This document shows, piece after piece, positions 29,061 through 38,710 of a DNA stretch of 64,000 nt. The notes under the pieces are model-generated. The model was not told the DNA's origin, ran no database searches, and worked only from the letters and a program-made list of their open reading frames with translations. This DNA comes from Candidatus Obscuribacteraceae bacterium (lineage in GTDB: Bacteria; Cyanobacteriota; Vampirovibrionia; Obscuribacterales; Obscuribacteraceae): the NCBI GenBank assembly GCA_044229845.1, contig JBGASG010000011.1:32001-96000 (forward strand). The letters are read 5' to 3'. The stretch's first letter is position 1, and each line of letters opens with the position of its first letter. A program made the translations under genes and the position numbers.

Positions 29061-30451
29061 GAGTTGTTCGTCCTCACTGAGGTGGTGGGCAACAATTCGA
29101 AATTCGAAGTACCTGACGCAGGTTTCAAATGCGGAGCTACGACTTGAGCAATGGACTCAAGCTCATTTTCAGCCAGAGATTGGAAAGGTGTTGGTTCCCA
29201 ACCCAGATAAAGAGAAAGACGGCTGTCATCGCCGGTTTCCAGGCAGGCGAATATGCGGCAACGAGGTACTGATACCAGCGCTGCACCCATGAGTAAAAAG
29301 ACGAAGGATGCATGCACAAGCGGCAACCCCGGATCGTATTTGTACTGCAAAGTGGTGACGGCAACTGGGGCTTCGTAAGCAATTTTCAACGCATCAAGAG
29401 TGACAGTTTGTTTTAGTTTCAGGTCCGCAAGGAAGTTTGCCGACGGCTGCTCATCCAGTACTCCGTATATCTGCAAAGACGCGCCGTCGGAAGCAACCAC
29501 AACAACCAGAGAGAGGTCTTTCGAGAGTGAAACCACTCCGGCAAGTGAATTGCCAATTCTCTCAAGCGGCACCTGCGCAAGTTGTTTCCCGAACTTGAGG
29601 GTGACTGCTTTGAGCTGCCAGTCAGCCTGGTAGTAAGTCACACTGTTTACTGTCAACGGATTGTTGACAGAAGTTATGCCTTGCGATCGAAGATGACCGT
29701 GTTTGTCCAGAATCTCCAGTTCTGTTTTCCATTGCTTGGGCTCTCCGGACGGATGATTTTCTCGCCTGGTGTCTTTGATCACCAGCCAGTCTTGCTCAGC
29801 CTTTCCCAGCAGTGGTTGTTGCGCATGAATCGCCGGCACAGACAACCTGGAGCCGACGGTGCCAGAGACACAACCTGAATAACCGCAAGCCGCCGAGAAA
29901 GCTACTCCTCCCAGCAAGAGGAACAGTCCCAGATGTGTGCAGGGGCCGGCCAGGTAACCCATTCGTCCCTTCTCGAAAATGAGCCGGCTTCCCGCGTCGG
30001 TAACTAAGAAGCGGCGGGCTCTCATGAATTTCACCAGTTCCAGTCGACTTTCGACGCTGTCACTTACATCAATCGAGATTGAGTGGGACATAGACGCGAT
30101 TTCTCCTGCGCTCTTACCTCTGCCCGGAATCAGCCTGTGAGTTACGCGAGAACGCTGCCGTGAGACGCTGCAAGCAACGAGATTGAGAAACAGCATACCA
30201 GTGACAAGCAAGAAGAGGCTGGAGCTGAATACTCTATTCAACCCGAGCATCGCTATAATTCTGGCTATAGCGTCGCCGAAGCGGGCACAAAGCTCTTCCT
30301 CATTGATGCTCTGTGGGATGTAGGCACCAGCGAAAACAAGCAGGCACAAAGCCACCATCAAGAGAATTGTCAATTTAAGGGAGGATAGTGAACTCAACAT
30401 AGCTTCTCGCACAGCAGCTGTTCCGTGTTCAAGAGCGGCCGGTCGCGGCAA
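29057..30451 (-). CDS. ccs1: Cytochrome c biogenesis protein Ccs1/ResB
   Basis: LSSLKLTI...IPQ, FLNLVACS, KGRMGYLAGPCTH, SVNNPL, YQADW, DPGLPLV. True start may be the later Met (MLSSL). Confidence 0.92.
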   Translation of the reverse strand: MPRPAALEHGTAAVREAMLSSLSSLKLTILLMVALCLLVFAGAYIPQSINEEELCARFGDAIARIIAMLGLNRVFSSSLFLLVTGMLFLNLVACSVSRQRSRVTHRLIPGRGKSAGEIASMSHSISIDVSDSVESRLELVKFMRARRFLVTDAGSRLIFEKGRMGYLAGPCTHLGLFLLLGGVAFSAACGYSGCVSGTVGSRLSVPAIHAQQPLLGKAEQDWLVIKDTRRENHPSGEPKQWKTELEILDKHGHLRSQGITSVNNPLTVNSVTYYQADWQLKAVTLKFGKQLAQVPLERIGNSLAGVVSLSKDLSLVVVVASDGASLQIYGVLDEQPSANFLADLKLKQTVTLDALKIAYEAPVAVTTLQYKYDPGLPLVHASFVFLLMGAALVSVPRCRIFACLETGDDSRLSLYLGWEPTPFQSLAENELESIAQVVAPHLKPASGTSNFELLPTTSVRTNNS

Positions 30452-31478
30452 AACGGCGCACTACATATGGTGTCCAACGCCGGTCGAGGATTTCAGCGAT
30501 GATTTTGTGAGCCCCGGCGCATAAAGCCGCACGTTCCGCCAGATTCGACTCGACTACTTGAGCCAGATCGTCGACCGTGTATAGTTTGGTCTCTGAGAAA
30601 CCGCCGATTGCGGGATCTACATTGCGCGGCACCGACAGATCTATCACCACACCCGGCACAGTTGCCTGTTTCTCAAGCTCTGCCCGAGTCAGCACGAACT
30701 CCGGCGCCGCCGTGGTCACGATAACAACGTCGGCTCCAGCTGATAACTCATGCCTCTCTTCGTACGAATGACAGAGAGAGAGCCGCCCCTCCACATTCAG
30801 CTCCTGCATACCCAGAAGACCCTCGCCGCTTCGATTGACGACCTGAATGGATGGACAGTCGCGCGAGGAAAGCAGCTGCTTCGCGCACATCTGGGCGGCT
30901 CTTCCTGCTCCCACCAGCAAGAGAGTGCGACTCTTCAGCCCGCCGAAATTCTGGCGTGCAATTTCGATGGCAGCAGCGCCTGTAGAAACAGCTCCGCTGC
31001 TAATTTTGGTTTCTGTGCGCACACGCTTGCCACAGTGCAGAGCTAAATCAAATAAACGTCTCAATACAGGTCCGGCGCAGTCAGCATCGAGAGCCGCCTG
31101 GTAAGCATCCTTTACCTGCGCCAGAATTTGCCCTTCGCCCACCACCATGCTCTCCAGACCACTGGCAACCCTGCACAGATGAGCTACAGCCTGCTCATCC
31201 GTCTTCACCATACTCGGTGCAAGATCGTGATGATCAGATACTGCCTGCACTGCCTGGAAGAACGATTTGACCTGTGAAGTTCCTTCCTCGCGTCCCGTTG
31301 TGACTGCATAAACCTCAAAGCGATTGCATGTCGCGATGATTGCTGATTCATTTATCGCCGGCAAAGACTGGAGATGCTTGAGAGCTTGATGCAGGCAGGA
31401 AGGCGGGATGGTCAGCCGCTCGCGTACGGCGACCGGCTGTGATTTGTAATCGAGTCCGCAAGCGATCAGGTGAGGCAC
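30429..31478 (-). CDS. hemA: Glutamyl-tRNA reductase (C-terminally short)
   Basis: ATCNRFEVY, SGLESMVVGEGQILAQVK, GAGRAA, DLSVPRNVD. Confidence 0.95.
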   Translation of the reverse strand: MPHLIACGLDYKSQPVAVRERLTIPPSCLHQALKHLQSLPAINESAIIATCNRFEVYAVTTGREEGTSQVKSFFQAVQAVSDHHDLAPSMVKTDEQAVAHLCRVASGLESMVVGEGQILAQVKDAYQAALDADCAGPVLRRLFDLALHCGKRVRTETKISSGAVSTGAAAIEIARQNFGGLKSRTLLLVGAGRAAQMCAKQLLSSRDCPSIQVVNRSGEGLLGMQELNVEGRLSLCHSYEERHELSAGADVVIVTTAAPEFVLTRAELEKQATVPGVVIDLSVPRNVDPAIGGFSETKLYTVDDLAQVVESNLAERAALCAGAHKIIAEILDRRWTPYVVRRFAATGRS

Positions 31479-31804
31479 TTTTATCCACCAACCTAAGACA
31501 TTCAGCTTTAAAATAGCAATAGTTTCCAGACGGTAACCACAACCGGAAGGCTGATTTCAGGAAGGATCATTCGCTTGTATGTTCCTAAGAACCCTCTCTG
31601 AATTCTGCTTGTGCAAAACTTCGCCCATCTTCTCGTTCGAGCGATTGATACCAATAGGTGGCCAACTGGAAGATAACGGTCGCAGCCCGATTCAGTGCCC
31701 GAAAAGCAGTGCTGCATACGAATTGGTGTATCCATCTGTCGGTGGATGTCGACAGTTGCAGTCCGCAGTAGTATTCAGATGTATGGTGCTTTAGAAACTA
31801 CTGC

Positions 31805-32149
31805 GTGAGGTCTTTGACTTTGATTCTCCATGATAAAGAAATTGTCTGTCGCGACTGCTCTGCACCGTTTCTGTTTTCTGTTGGTGAACAGGAGTTCTTT
31901 CACGCGAAAGGACTGACCAATGAGCCTAAGCGATGCGCCAAATGCCGGTTGCTTGCCCGCCACCAGAGAGAAGGAGCGGAAAGCCCCCTGAATAGAATTC
32001 CGTGTGCAAACTGTGGCGCTGAAGCGTTCGTGCGTTTTACTCCAAAGGGATACCGGCCAGTGCTTTGCATAGACTGCCTGCTCTCGCACCGTCACTCTTC
32101 GGAGTTAAGCGATCTTTCTGCCGGCGTTGGCATTGACCCCGCCTGCTAA
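31805..32149 (+). CDS. Zinc-ribbon / CxxC-x17-CxxC domain protein
   Basis: DKEIVCRDC...FSVGEQEFF...PKRCAKC; CANC...RPVLCIDC. Confidence 0.88.
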   Translation: MRSLTLILHDKEIVCRDCSAPFLFSVGEQEFFHAKGLTNEPKRCAKCRLLARHQREGAESPLNRIPCANCGAEAFVRFTPKGYRPVLCIDCLLSHRHSSELSDLSAGVGIDPAC

Positions 32150-32883
32150 GGTGAGCACGCAGCCCCGAGATACCGCTCCGCCTCCACCGCTTTTGGAAAA
32201 AGAATGCTACTTTCTTTATGAATGTGCACGCGCAGATCATGATCCATGCGGCTCAGTCCATCCAACAATGCACGCCAGCTATTGCATGCGCCCTCTGGAG
32301 GCGTGTAATCGTTGGACAGTTCCCTGAGTTTCTGGAGCGCCAATCCTGCTTCCTGATGCTCAAACTCCATCTGATTGATCGGATTTTGCACCGAGCCGAA
32401 GCAACCGGGCTTGGGACGACCGGAGTCCATGCCACGCAGGAAGGGAAACAAGATCATCTCCTCTTTCATCATGTGCGGCTCCAGTTCCGCTCGCAAAGCC
32501 TGATAAACCAAGGAGAACTCCACCATCTGTGGTGCGCGCTCGCCGTGGACGCGAGCCACCTTCTCGGCTAAGGCTGTTAATCGCGGCAGTTCCTGCTTCA
32601 AATAGGTATGATGAGTTTGCTCGATATGGTCGACCAGCTCAGTCAAGCTTCTACCCAACCAAACTTCTGCAGGCTCCTCGGACCGCGCCGCTTGAGCGTC
32701 GGCATCTTGCAACTCCTTGATCACACCTTCGACATTCAACCCGCGAGCGCCACATGCATCAGCGAGCGTCTTGCCGCCACCGCAACAAAAGTCGATTTTA
32801 TACCGATCGAACACCGCCGCTCGTGTGGGCTGCTCAGCCAGCAAGCTGCCGACAGTCTTCGTGCCGAATCCGTTGGTATCCAT
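32146..32883 (-). CDS. ric: Iron-sulfur cluster repair diiron protein Ric/YtfE
   Basis: IDFCCGG (ScdA_N), HHTYL, HMMKEE.ILFP, EH, HIHKE. Confidence 0.96.
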   Translation of the reverse strand: MDTNGFGTKTVGSLLAEQPTRAAVFDRYKIDFCCGGGKTLADACGARGLNVEGVIKELQDADAQAARSEEPAEVWLGRSLTELVDHIEQTHHTYLKQELPRLTALAEKVARVHGERAPQMVEFSLVYQALRAELEPHMMKEEMILFPFLRGMDSGRPKPGCFGSVQNPINQMEFEHQEAGLALQKLRELSNDYTPPEGACNSWRALLDGLSRMDHDLRVHIHKESSILFPKAVEAERYLGAACSP

Positions 32884-33012
32884 AACGACTCCTTTATCCC
32901 CTGAATGAGAAATTCGCAATAGCACGATGTTAATGGTGCCATATCGGGAACCAGCTCGTATGCACCGAAAGAACGATTGCGAGCGTGAGTGTCATTCAAA
33001 CTGTCCGAAAGA

Positions 33013-33028
33013 TCATCCTTTGGGATGA
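33013..33028. promoter_or_regulatory. TCATCC-N4-GGATGA operator candidate
   Basis: TCATCCTTTGGGATGA between divergent ric and nnrS-like genes. Confidence 0.7.
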
Positions 33029-33104
33029 CTCGTTAAAATCGCTCCTGTTATGGACGAATGATAATGCGTCCGGTGCAACAATTGAAACAGGATATTGATA
33101 ACAG

Positions 33105-34922
33105 GTGAGAGCATTGGCTTCTTCAGCAACAGTTTTACTGACCGGTGAAACACTCATACCGGAAATCCTCAGACAGATACCACACAGCCGAGTTGTGTTT
33201 GACAAATATGGACTGAAGGGTTGCGGCGGGGCCGACGGACCATACGAATCCCTGCGGGTGTTTGCGCGCGCGCACGAAGTCGATCTGCAGCGCTTGATCC
33301 AAGAGCTGGAAGAATCGAACTCATCGGTGAATGAATCGAGTTCAGATCAAATAGCACCAGCCTTGGGTGATGTCATTTATCGCCGCTTTTTTCTGGCGGC
33401 TGTAGCATTTCTATTAACTGTGGGAGCAAGCTGGGGAGCTGCCATTCTATGGTCTATAGGTAGTTCCGGAACGTTTCAGACTGCATCCGTCTTCGACATA
33501 CAAGCACACGCTCAGGCTCAGGTGTTCGGCTGGATGGGGCTTGTGATCATGGGTTTTGCCTACCAGGCTTTTCCCCGCTTCTGGCATACAGAACTGAGAA
33601 ACGCCACCCGGGCTAATCTTTCCTTCTGGGCAATGGTAGGCGGCGTCGTTGCTTCGATGATCGGCATTTACGCGGCTCAATGGGCGCCGTTCGCGTTGCC
33701 GCTTACCATCTTGGGCGGGTGCCTGGAAGTTTTCGCCGTTTCACTATTCGCCCTGGAGCTCTACTGCACTTACCAATACAGCCGTAAGCAGTTTGAGCCT
33801 TACATGGCATACGTATTTATCTCCGTTTTCTGGTTTCTAATCGGCACCATCCTCAATGGCATACATAGCGCTGCTCTCGTTAGTTCAGTACATTACTTGC
33901 CGATGACGAATGCCGCCTTCTGGTTGCAAACTCCCATGCGTGATGTGCAGTTCCATGGTCTGGGAATGACAATAATTATCGGCGTGTCACTGCGCACGTT
34001 GCCTCATATCTTCGGAGTCAAACAGCCTTCGCGCGCGTTTGCCTGGTGGGCGCTTGTGGCGTTGACTGCAGCTGTTGTGGTCGAGACGGTCTTATCCCTG
34101 ACAGGTAAGTATCCCCACTGGTCGGTATCCTTGGTGCTTTTAACGGTGGCAGCGACGGCAGTTTGCAGTTTCCGCCTCTGGCAAAAGTTTCCCGACGGCG
34201 ATCGCTCGGAAAAATTTATCAAGGCAGGCTGGATCTGGGTCTTGATCTCACTTGTGATGATGGTAGCTGCCAGTGTCAACTTCCAACTAACCGGGCTGCC
34301 TGCTACTCACGCTTACATGGGCTCGATCCGTCATGCCATTACAGTCGGTTTTATCAGCTTGATGATCATGGGTTATGCAGCGAAGGTCGTCGCTACGCTA
34401 AACGGACTGGACACACACAAACTGACCTCGCTTGCCATTCCTTTCGTGTTAGTGAATCTCGGCTGCGCCATTCGGGTAATCGGTCAATCTTTGACAGACG
34501 CGTATCCTGGAGCATTTCCTGTGGCGGGCGTGAGCGGCACTCTTGAAGCTTGCGGTATGGCAATCTGGGGGCTGCACATCACGAGGATTATCCTCACCGG
34601 CAAATTCCATTCGGCCGCACCGCGCCCCGCCGGACCGTCCCCTGAGAAAGTGGCTGTCGACATGATCGTGGCAGATGTACTGACCTGGTTTCCGGAAACG
34701 GAATCTGTGTTTGTGGAATTTGGCTTCCGTCCAGTTACCAACCCTTTCATGCGCAGGACGGTCGCACGCCAGGTCACCTTGCGTCAGGCTTGCCAACTAC
34801 ATAATATTGAACCAGAGGATTTCGTCGCAATTTTAAATGAAAGCCTGCGTGGTACTGGTTGCAGCGGCAAATGCAATAGCGGACAATGCGAGGCACAGGC
34901 AATGCATGGTCACCATGATTAG
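33105..34922 (+). CDS. NnrS-like multi-TM protein with ScdA_N-like N-domain and DUF1858-like C-domain
   Basis: VFDKYGLKGCGG N-domain; HAQAQVFGW...FPRF and HAITVGF membrane motifs; VADVL...FGFRPVTNP...VTLRQAC C-domain. Confidence 0.8.
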   Translation: MRALASSATVLLTGETLIPEILRQIPHSRVVFDKYGLKGCGGADGPYESLRVFARAHEVDLQRLIQELEESNSSVNESSSDQIAPALGDVIYRRFFLAAVAFLLTVGASWGAAILWSIGSSGTFQTASVFDIQAHAQAQVFGWMGLVIMGFAYQAFPRFWHTELRNATRANLSFWAMVGGVVASMIGIYAAQWAPFALPLTILGGCLEVFAVSLFALELYCTYQYSRKQFEPYMAYVFISVFWFLIGTILNGIHSAALVSSVHYLPMTNAAFWLQTPMRDVQFHGLGMTIIIGVSLRTLPHIFGVKQPSRAFAWWALVALTAAVVVETVLSLTGKYPHWSVSLVLLTVAATAVCSFRLWQKFPDGDRSEKFIKAGWIWVLISLVMMVAASVNFQLTGLPATHAYMGSIRHAITVGFISLMIMGYAAKVVATLNGLDTHKLTSLAIPFVLVNLGCAIRVIGQSLTDAYPGAFPVAGVSGTLEACGMAIWGLHITRIILTGKFHSAAPRPAGPSPEKVAVDMIVADVLTWFPETESVFVEFGFRPVTNPFMRRTVARQVTLRQACQLHNIEPEDFVAILNESLRGTGCSGKCNSGQCEAQAMHGHHD

Positions 34923-34990
34923 TGATTCACCGGAATTCCACTTCGATTTGCGGTCAGTGAAATAACAGGCTCGTCGCCGGGAGAACCTTT

Positions 34991-35446
34991 GTGGGCGGTA
35001 TAAAGCGACATCCAGCTCTGCAGCCTTTTTCTCGCGATCATTTGATTGGTCTGTTTCATGCTCAGAAGTTGATCAAGTTACAAACGTCAGTCACACCGGA
35101 ATTGTTGGACGATGTTGTCTCGGCATTCTCGCTGTCCTGGCACCAGGAGATATCGGTGCACTTCGCCGATGAAAATCGACTAATCGGTCCTATGCCACTC
35201 AAGGAGAGCACCTTGAAGCGCCTGCATGATGAGCATCTAGAGTTGGCGCAGGCAATAGGATCTCTACTCCAGAAACCCCACTCTGCACTGAATGCGGTGC
35301 AAGTCGGGCGGCTTCTCGAGGCACACATACGCTGGGAAGAACACACACTGTTCCCTGAGATCGAGACCACTTTATCCGTCCAAGCACTAACAGAGCTGGC
35401 TGAAAGAACACAATTGATCGAAAAGTCGAGGAGACGAAAGCTATGA
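34991..35446 (+). CDS. Hemerythrin-domain protein
   Basis: SRDH, HFADE, EH, HIRWEE.LFP. Confidence 0.9.
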   Translation: MGGIKRHPALQPFSRDHLIGLFHAQKLIKLQTSVTPELLDDVVSAFSLSWHQEISVHFADENRLIGPMPLKESTLKRLHDEHLELAQAIGSLLQKPHSALNAVQVGRLLEAHIRWEEHTLFPEIETTLSVQALTELAERTQLIEKSRRRKL

Positions 35447-35817
35447 TTGCCCACCTTATTTTCTACGTCACTGATCAGGAGATAAGCACCTTCTTTTATA
35501 GTCACGTTCTGCAATTGGCTCCAACACTGAATGTCCCGGGCATGACCGAATTCCAATTGAGTGAAACTTGCGTGCTGGGGATTATGCCAGAGTCGGGAAT
35601 CAAGAGGCTGATCGGCTCCTCGCTTCCAGATCCGGCGAGCGCTCAAGGCGTACCGCGCGCCGAGTTGTATCTGGTCGTCGTAAATGCCAACGACTACTAC
35701 AAGCGCGCCCTAGCGGCTGGAGGTACGGCATTGAGTGATGTATGCGAGCGCGATTGGGGTCAGAGCGTCGGCTACTGCCTGGATAAAGACGGACATGTGC
35801 TGGCTTTCGCTCACTGA
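35443..35817 (+). CDS. VOC/glyoxalase family protein
   Basis: FYVTDQ...FY, RAELY, RDWG...CLDKDGHVLAF. Confidence 0.9.
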   Translation: MIAHLIFYVTDQEISTFFYSHVLQLAPTLNVPGMTEFQLSETCVLGIMPESGIKRLIGSSLPDPASAQGVPRAELYLVVVNANDYYKRALAAGGTALSDVCERDWGQSVGYCLDKDGHVLAFAH

Positions 35818-35866
35818 TCTCGCCATTCCTGGCGGCTAACACAGAGCTGGGATCGACCAGCAATCT

Positions 35867-36091
35867 CTATTTAGAAGGCGTCTGAGTTGTGTCGCCGGAT
35901 GCCTCTTTCGATTCAGATTTCTTCTCTTTCGCTTCCTTCTCCTTTTTGGCTTTTTTCGCTGGTTTATCAGCTTTCTTTTTCTCGCTGGCTTCCTTTTTGA
36001 CGGTCTTGCCTAAGTCGTTGCTTGCTTCCTCAGCGGCAAGTGCTGGAGCAGCTATTGTAAGGACGACTGCCAGTGCAAAAAGATTTCGCAT
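35867..36091 (-). CDS. Small exported Lys/Glu-rich protein
   Basis: GGAGG SD, signal peptide with ALA cleavage site, low-complexity tail. Confidence 0.75.
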   Translation of the reverse strand: MRNLFALAVVLTIAAPALAAEEASNDLGKTVKKEASEKKKADKPAKKAKKEKEAKEKKSESKEASGDTTQTPSK

Positions 36092-36257
36092 ACAACCTCC
36101 ATGAGTAAATTAGACTCGACAGTATATTTGGACTACACTTTGCAGACATTAGAGCCAGAGCGGTTACCAGATGGTAACCAGTCCTGTGCAACTGGTAGCG
36201 GGCGCAGCAGAACTGCGCTTGCAACAAAATCAACTGCGCCGACGGTTCAGCCCTCGC

Positions 36258-37427
36258 TCAGGAGCGAGCTGCAGCCGGAACTTTGGCTTCGCCGAGCAGG
36301 TGGCGGGCGATGATGATTCGTTGTATCTGGCTTGTTCCTTCATAGATTTGGAAAATTTTTGCATCGCGCATCAGTTTCTCCACCGGGTACTCACGAGAGT
36401 AACCGTAGCCGCCGAATATCTGCACTGCATCGGTCGCCACTTTCATCGCAGTGTCGGCGGCGAATGCTTTAGCACGAGCTGCCTCGCGCGTATTGCGCTT
36501 GCCCTGGTCGATGAGCCAGGCGGCGTGCCAGCACAAAAGACGAGCCGCCGCAATTCCCTGATCCATATCAGCAAGCATGAAACTGATTGCTTGATTATTG
36601 GCAATTGGCTTGCCGAATGCCTCTCGTTCTTGCGCGTAGCGCACTGCATGTTCCAAGGCAGCTCTGGCTAATCCCACGGCGGCAGATGCGACCAACGGGC
36701 GAGTGTGGTCGAAAGCGGCCATCGAGATTTTGAACCCTTCACCTTCGTTGCCCAGACGATTTGCAGCTGGTATCACCACATCCTCAAATGAGATGGCACG
36801 AGTGTCACTGGCGCGCTGACCCATGTTTTGTTCTTTCTTGCCGAGGGTGATCCCGGCATCGTCAGCCGGCACCACGAATGCCGTCATGCCCTGGTGACCC
36901 TTAGTTTGGTCTGTATAGGCAAGCACGTAGAACCAGTCTGCGACGCCCGCATTGGTTATCCACATTTTCTGTCCATTCAGAACGTATTCCTCGCCCTGTC
37001 GCCTGGCTGTGGTTTTAATACCGGCAACATCCGATCCCGCTGCCGGTTCTGTCACGCAGTATGCAGCGAATGTCAGTTGCTCGGTGAGCGGGGTGAGAAA
37101 CTTCTGTTTTTGCTCTGTCGACCCGGCAACGATAACGGGCGCGGCGGCCAGATTGTTGGCTTCCATGGCTGTGCCGATGCCGGTGCAGCCGCTGGCGATT
37201 TCCTCGGCAATCAAACAAGCATCGAAGACGCCCAACCCCAGACCGCCGAATTCCTCCGGGATATGGACATTCATCAGTCCTTGATCGAAAGCCTGCTGGC
37301 AGATGTCTCGCGGAAACTCACCAGTTTCGTCATGGTGTGCAGCTTTGGGCACTACGACTCGTCGAGCGAAGTCGCGAGCCAGTTCTTGTATTTGGATTTG
37401 GTCATCAGTGAGGTTGAAATCGGCCAT
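36258..37427 (-). CDS. Acyl-CoA dehydrogenase (MCAD-like)
   Basis: [38 protein letters not shown]. Confidence 0.97.
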   Translation of the reverse strand: MADFNLTDDQIQIQELARDFARRVVVPKAAHHDETGEFPRDICQQAFDQGLMNVHIPEEFGGLGLGVFDACLIAEEIASGCTGIGTAMEANNLAAAPVIVAGSTEQKQKFLTPLTEQLTFAAYCVTEPAAGSDVAGIKTTARRQGEEYVLNGQKMWITNAGVADWFYVLAYTDQTKGHQGMTAFVVPADDAGITLGKKEQNMGQRASDTRAISFEDVVIPAANRLGNEGEGFKISMAAFDHTRPLVASAAVGLARAALEHAVRYAQEREAFGKPIANNQAISFMLADMDQGIAAARLLCWHAAWLIDQGKRNTREAARAKAFAADTAMKVATDAVQIFGGYGYSREYPVEKLMRDAKIFQIYEGTSQIQRIIIARHLLGEAKVPAAARS

Positions 37428-37720
37428 AAAGAAATCTCCAAGATTACTGATATCAGGCTATCCGCATACGTCCCGCGCAAAATCACCCTAAAGGCTGACT
37501 TGTCTTGGGTTCGATTCAAGAGAGCATATCGATCTACGAACGGACGTAGTTCACTTTCGGAATCAATCTTCTGGAGGATGTAACTGCACCGTCGAGATGG
37601 CATCATAATGTCAGAGATACGAGATTGGCAGAGGCACAAAAAACCAAACAAGACGTAACGCGAAAGCAAGACGCTAACCACAACAAAGCATACCCGCCAA
37701 TCAAAGAGACAAGAACAACG

Positions 37721-37757
37721 TAACAGAGTCCGCCCTCAGGTAAGGCGGCCTCTGTTA
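37721..37757 (-). terminator. Probable terminator after nrdG
   Basis: TAACAGAG.CCGCC...GGCGG.CTCTGTTA hairpin with U-rich flank on the minus strand. Confidence 0.5.
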
Positions 37758-37781
37758 TCGCGTTGATATGCAGCTAACGAT

Positions 37782-38462
37782 TCAGCGCACAGAAAAGCTA
37801 GCAAATATGTTGCTCAGCGCCTGGCATGTCGGCACCGAAAGAGCATAGGAAGCCAGATCTTTTACAACCGGATTGTCGCAGCCAACGTTCCTGAATTGTT
37901 GAACGACGTATCGTTCGACCCCGCTGTCAGAAAGGCGGCGTGCCAAATCAAGGAGTGTAGATTCGGCAAGATAAGCTGAGTGGACAGTGGTGCGCACTTC
38001 ATATTCGACACCGCTATCAAGGACCAGTTGCAAGCTTCGAAAGGCCGCCGCGGCACCGCCTTCCGCTCCGGCAATCGCTTGATAATTCTGTTCATCTGAC
38101 TTGATATCAAGCCCGACCCAATTTAACAGTGGCAGTATCGATTCGAGCGCCTGTGGATTGACACCAGCTGTATGCAAGCCGACTTTAAATCCCAACTCCT
38201 TGACCTCTTGTATCGCCTCCTTAATGTCCTTCTGGACGGTAGGCTCTCCGCCGCTGAATACGAATGCATCCAGGAGGTGGCGTCTACGCTCAAGGAAGCT
38301 GATGATAGCGTCCCATCTGATCGCACCTTCGCCTTTGAAGACCTGCAACTGCGGATTGTGGCAATATACGCACTGCCAGGGACATCCCTGACAGAAAGCC
38401 ACTGCGCTCAACTCACCAGGGTAATCGATGGTGCTAAGTGGTGTCAGCCCGGCAACTTTCAC
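37782..38462 (-). CDS. nrdG: Anaerobic ribonucleotide reductase activating enzyme
   Basis: STIDYPG, CPWQCVYCHN radical SAM motif, SGGEPT; in the nrdD operon. Confidence 0.95.
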   Translation of the reverse strand: MKVAGLTPLSTIDYPGELSAVAFCQGCPWQCVYCHNPQLQVFKGEGAIRWDAIISFLERRRHLLDAFVFSGGEPTVQKDIKEAIQEVKELGFKVGLHTAGVNPQALESILPLLNWVGLDIKSDEQNYQAIAGAEGGAAAAFRSLQLVLDSGVEYEVRTTVHSAYLAESTLLDLARRLSDSGVERYVVQQFRNVGCDNPVVKDLASYALSVPTCQALSNIFASFSVR

Positions 38463-38683
38463 TTCAAGACTTCCGAATCGCTCTTATGTCTGGCAAGTTC
38501 ACCGCACCCAGCCGAACCGCATTGTTCGGTAAAGTGCTGGCGCTCCTCGTGTTCAGCGCGTTTACCGATGTTGAAGGACGAAACTGGCCTGTGGTAGCCC
38601 ATGACTCTGGTCCATACCTCACAGACTTGTCGCTCGTCATCGTTCAAACTAATCTCGCTGCAAATTGTGTGATTGTGATTCAT
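38459..38683 (-). CDS. Stand-alone NrdD glycyl-radical C-terminal domain
   Basis: CEVWTRVMGYHRPVSSFNIGKRAE; own SD AAGGAGA. Confidence 0.9.
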   Translation of the reverse strand: MNHNHTICSEISLNDDERQVCEVWTRVMGYHRPVSSFNIGKRAEHEERQHFTEQCGSAGCGELARHKSDSEVLK

Positions 38684-38710
38684 GTTGTCAGTCTCCTTAT
38701 CGGTTGTTTG

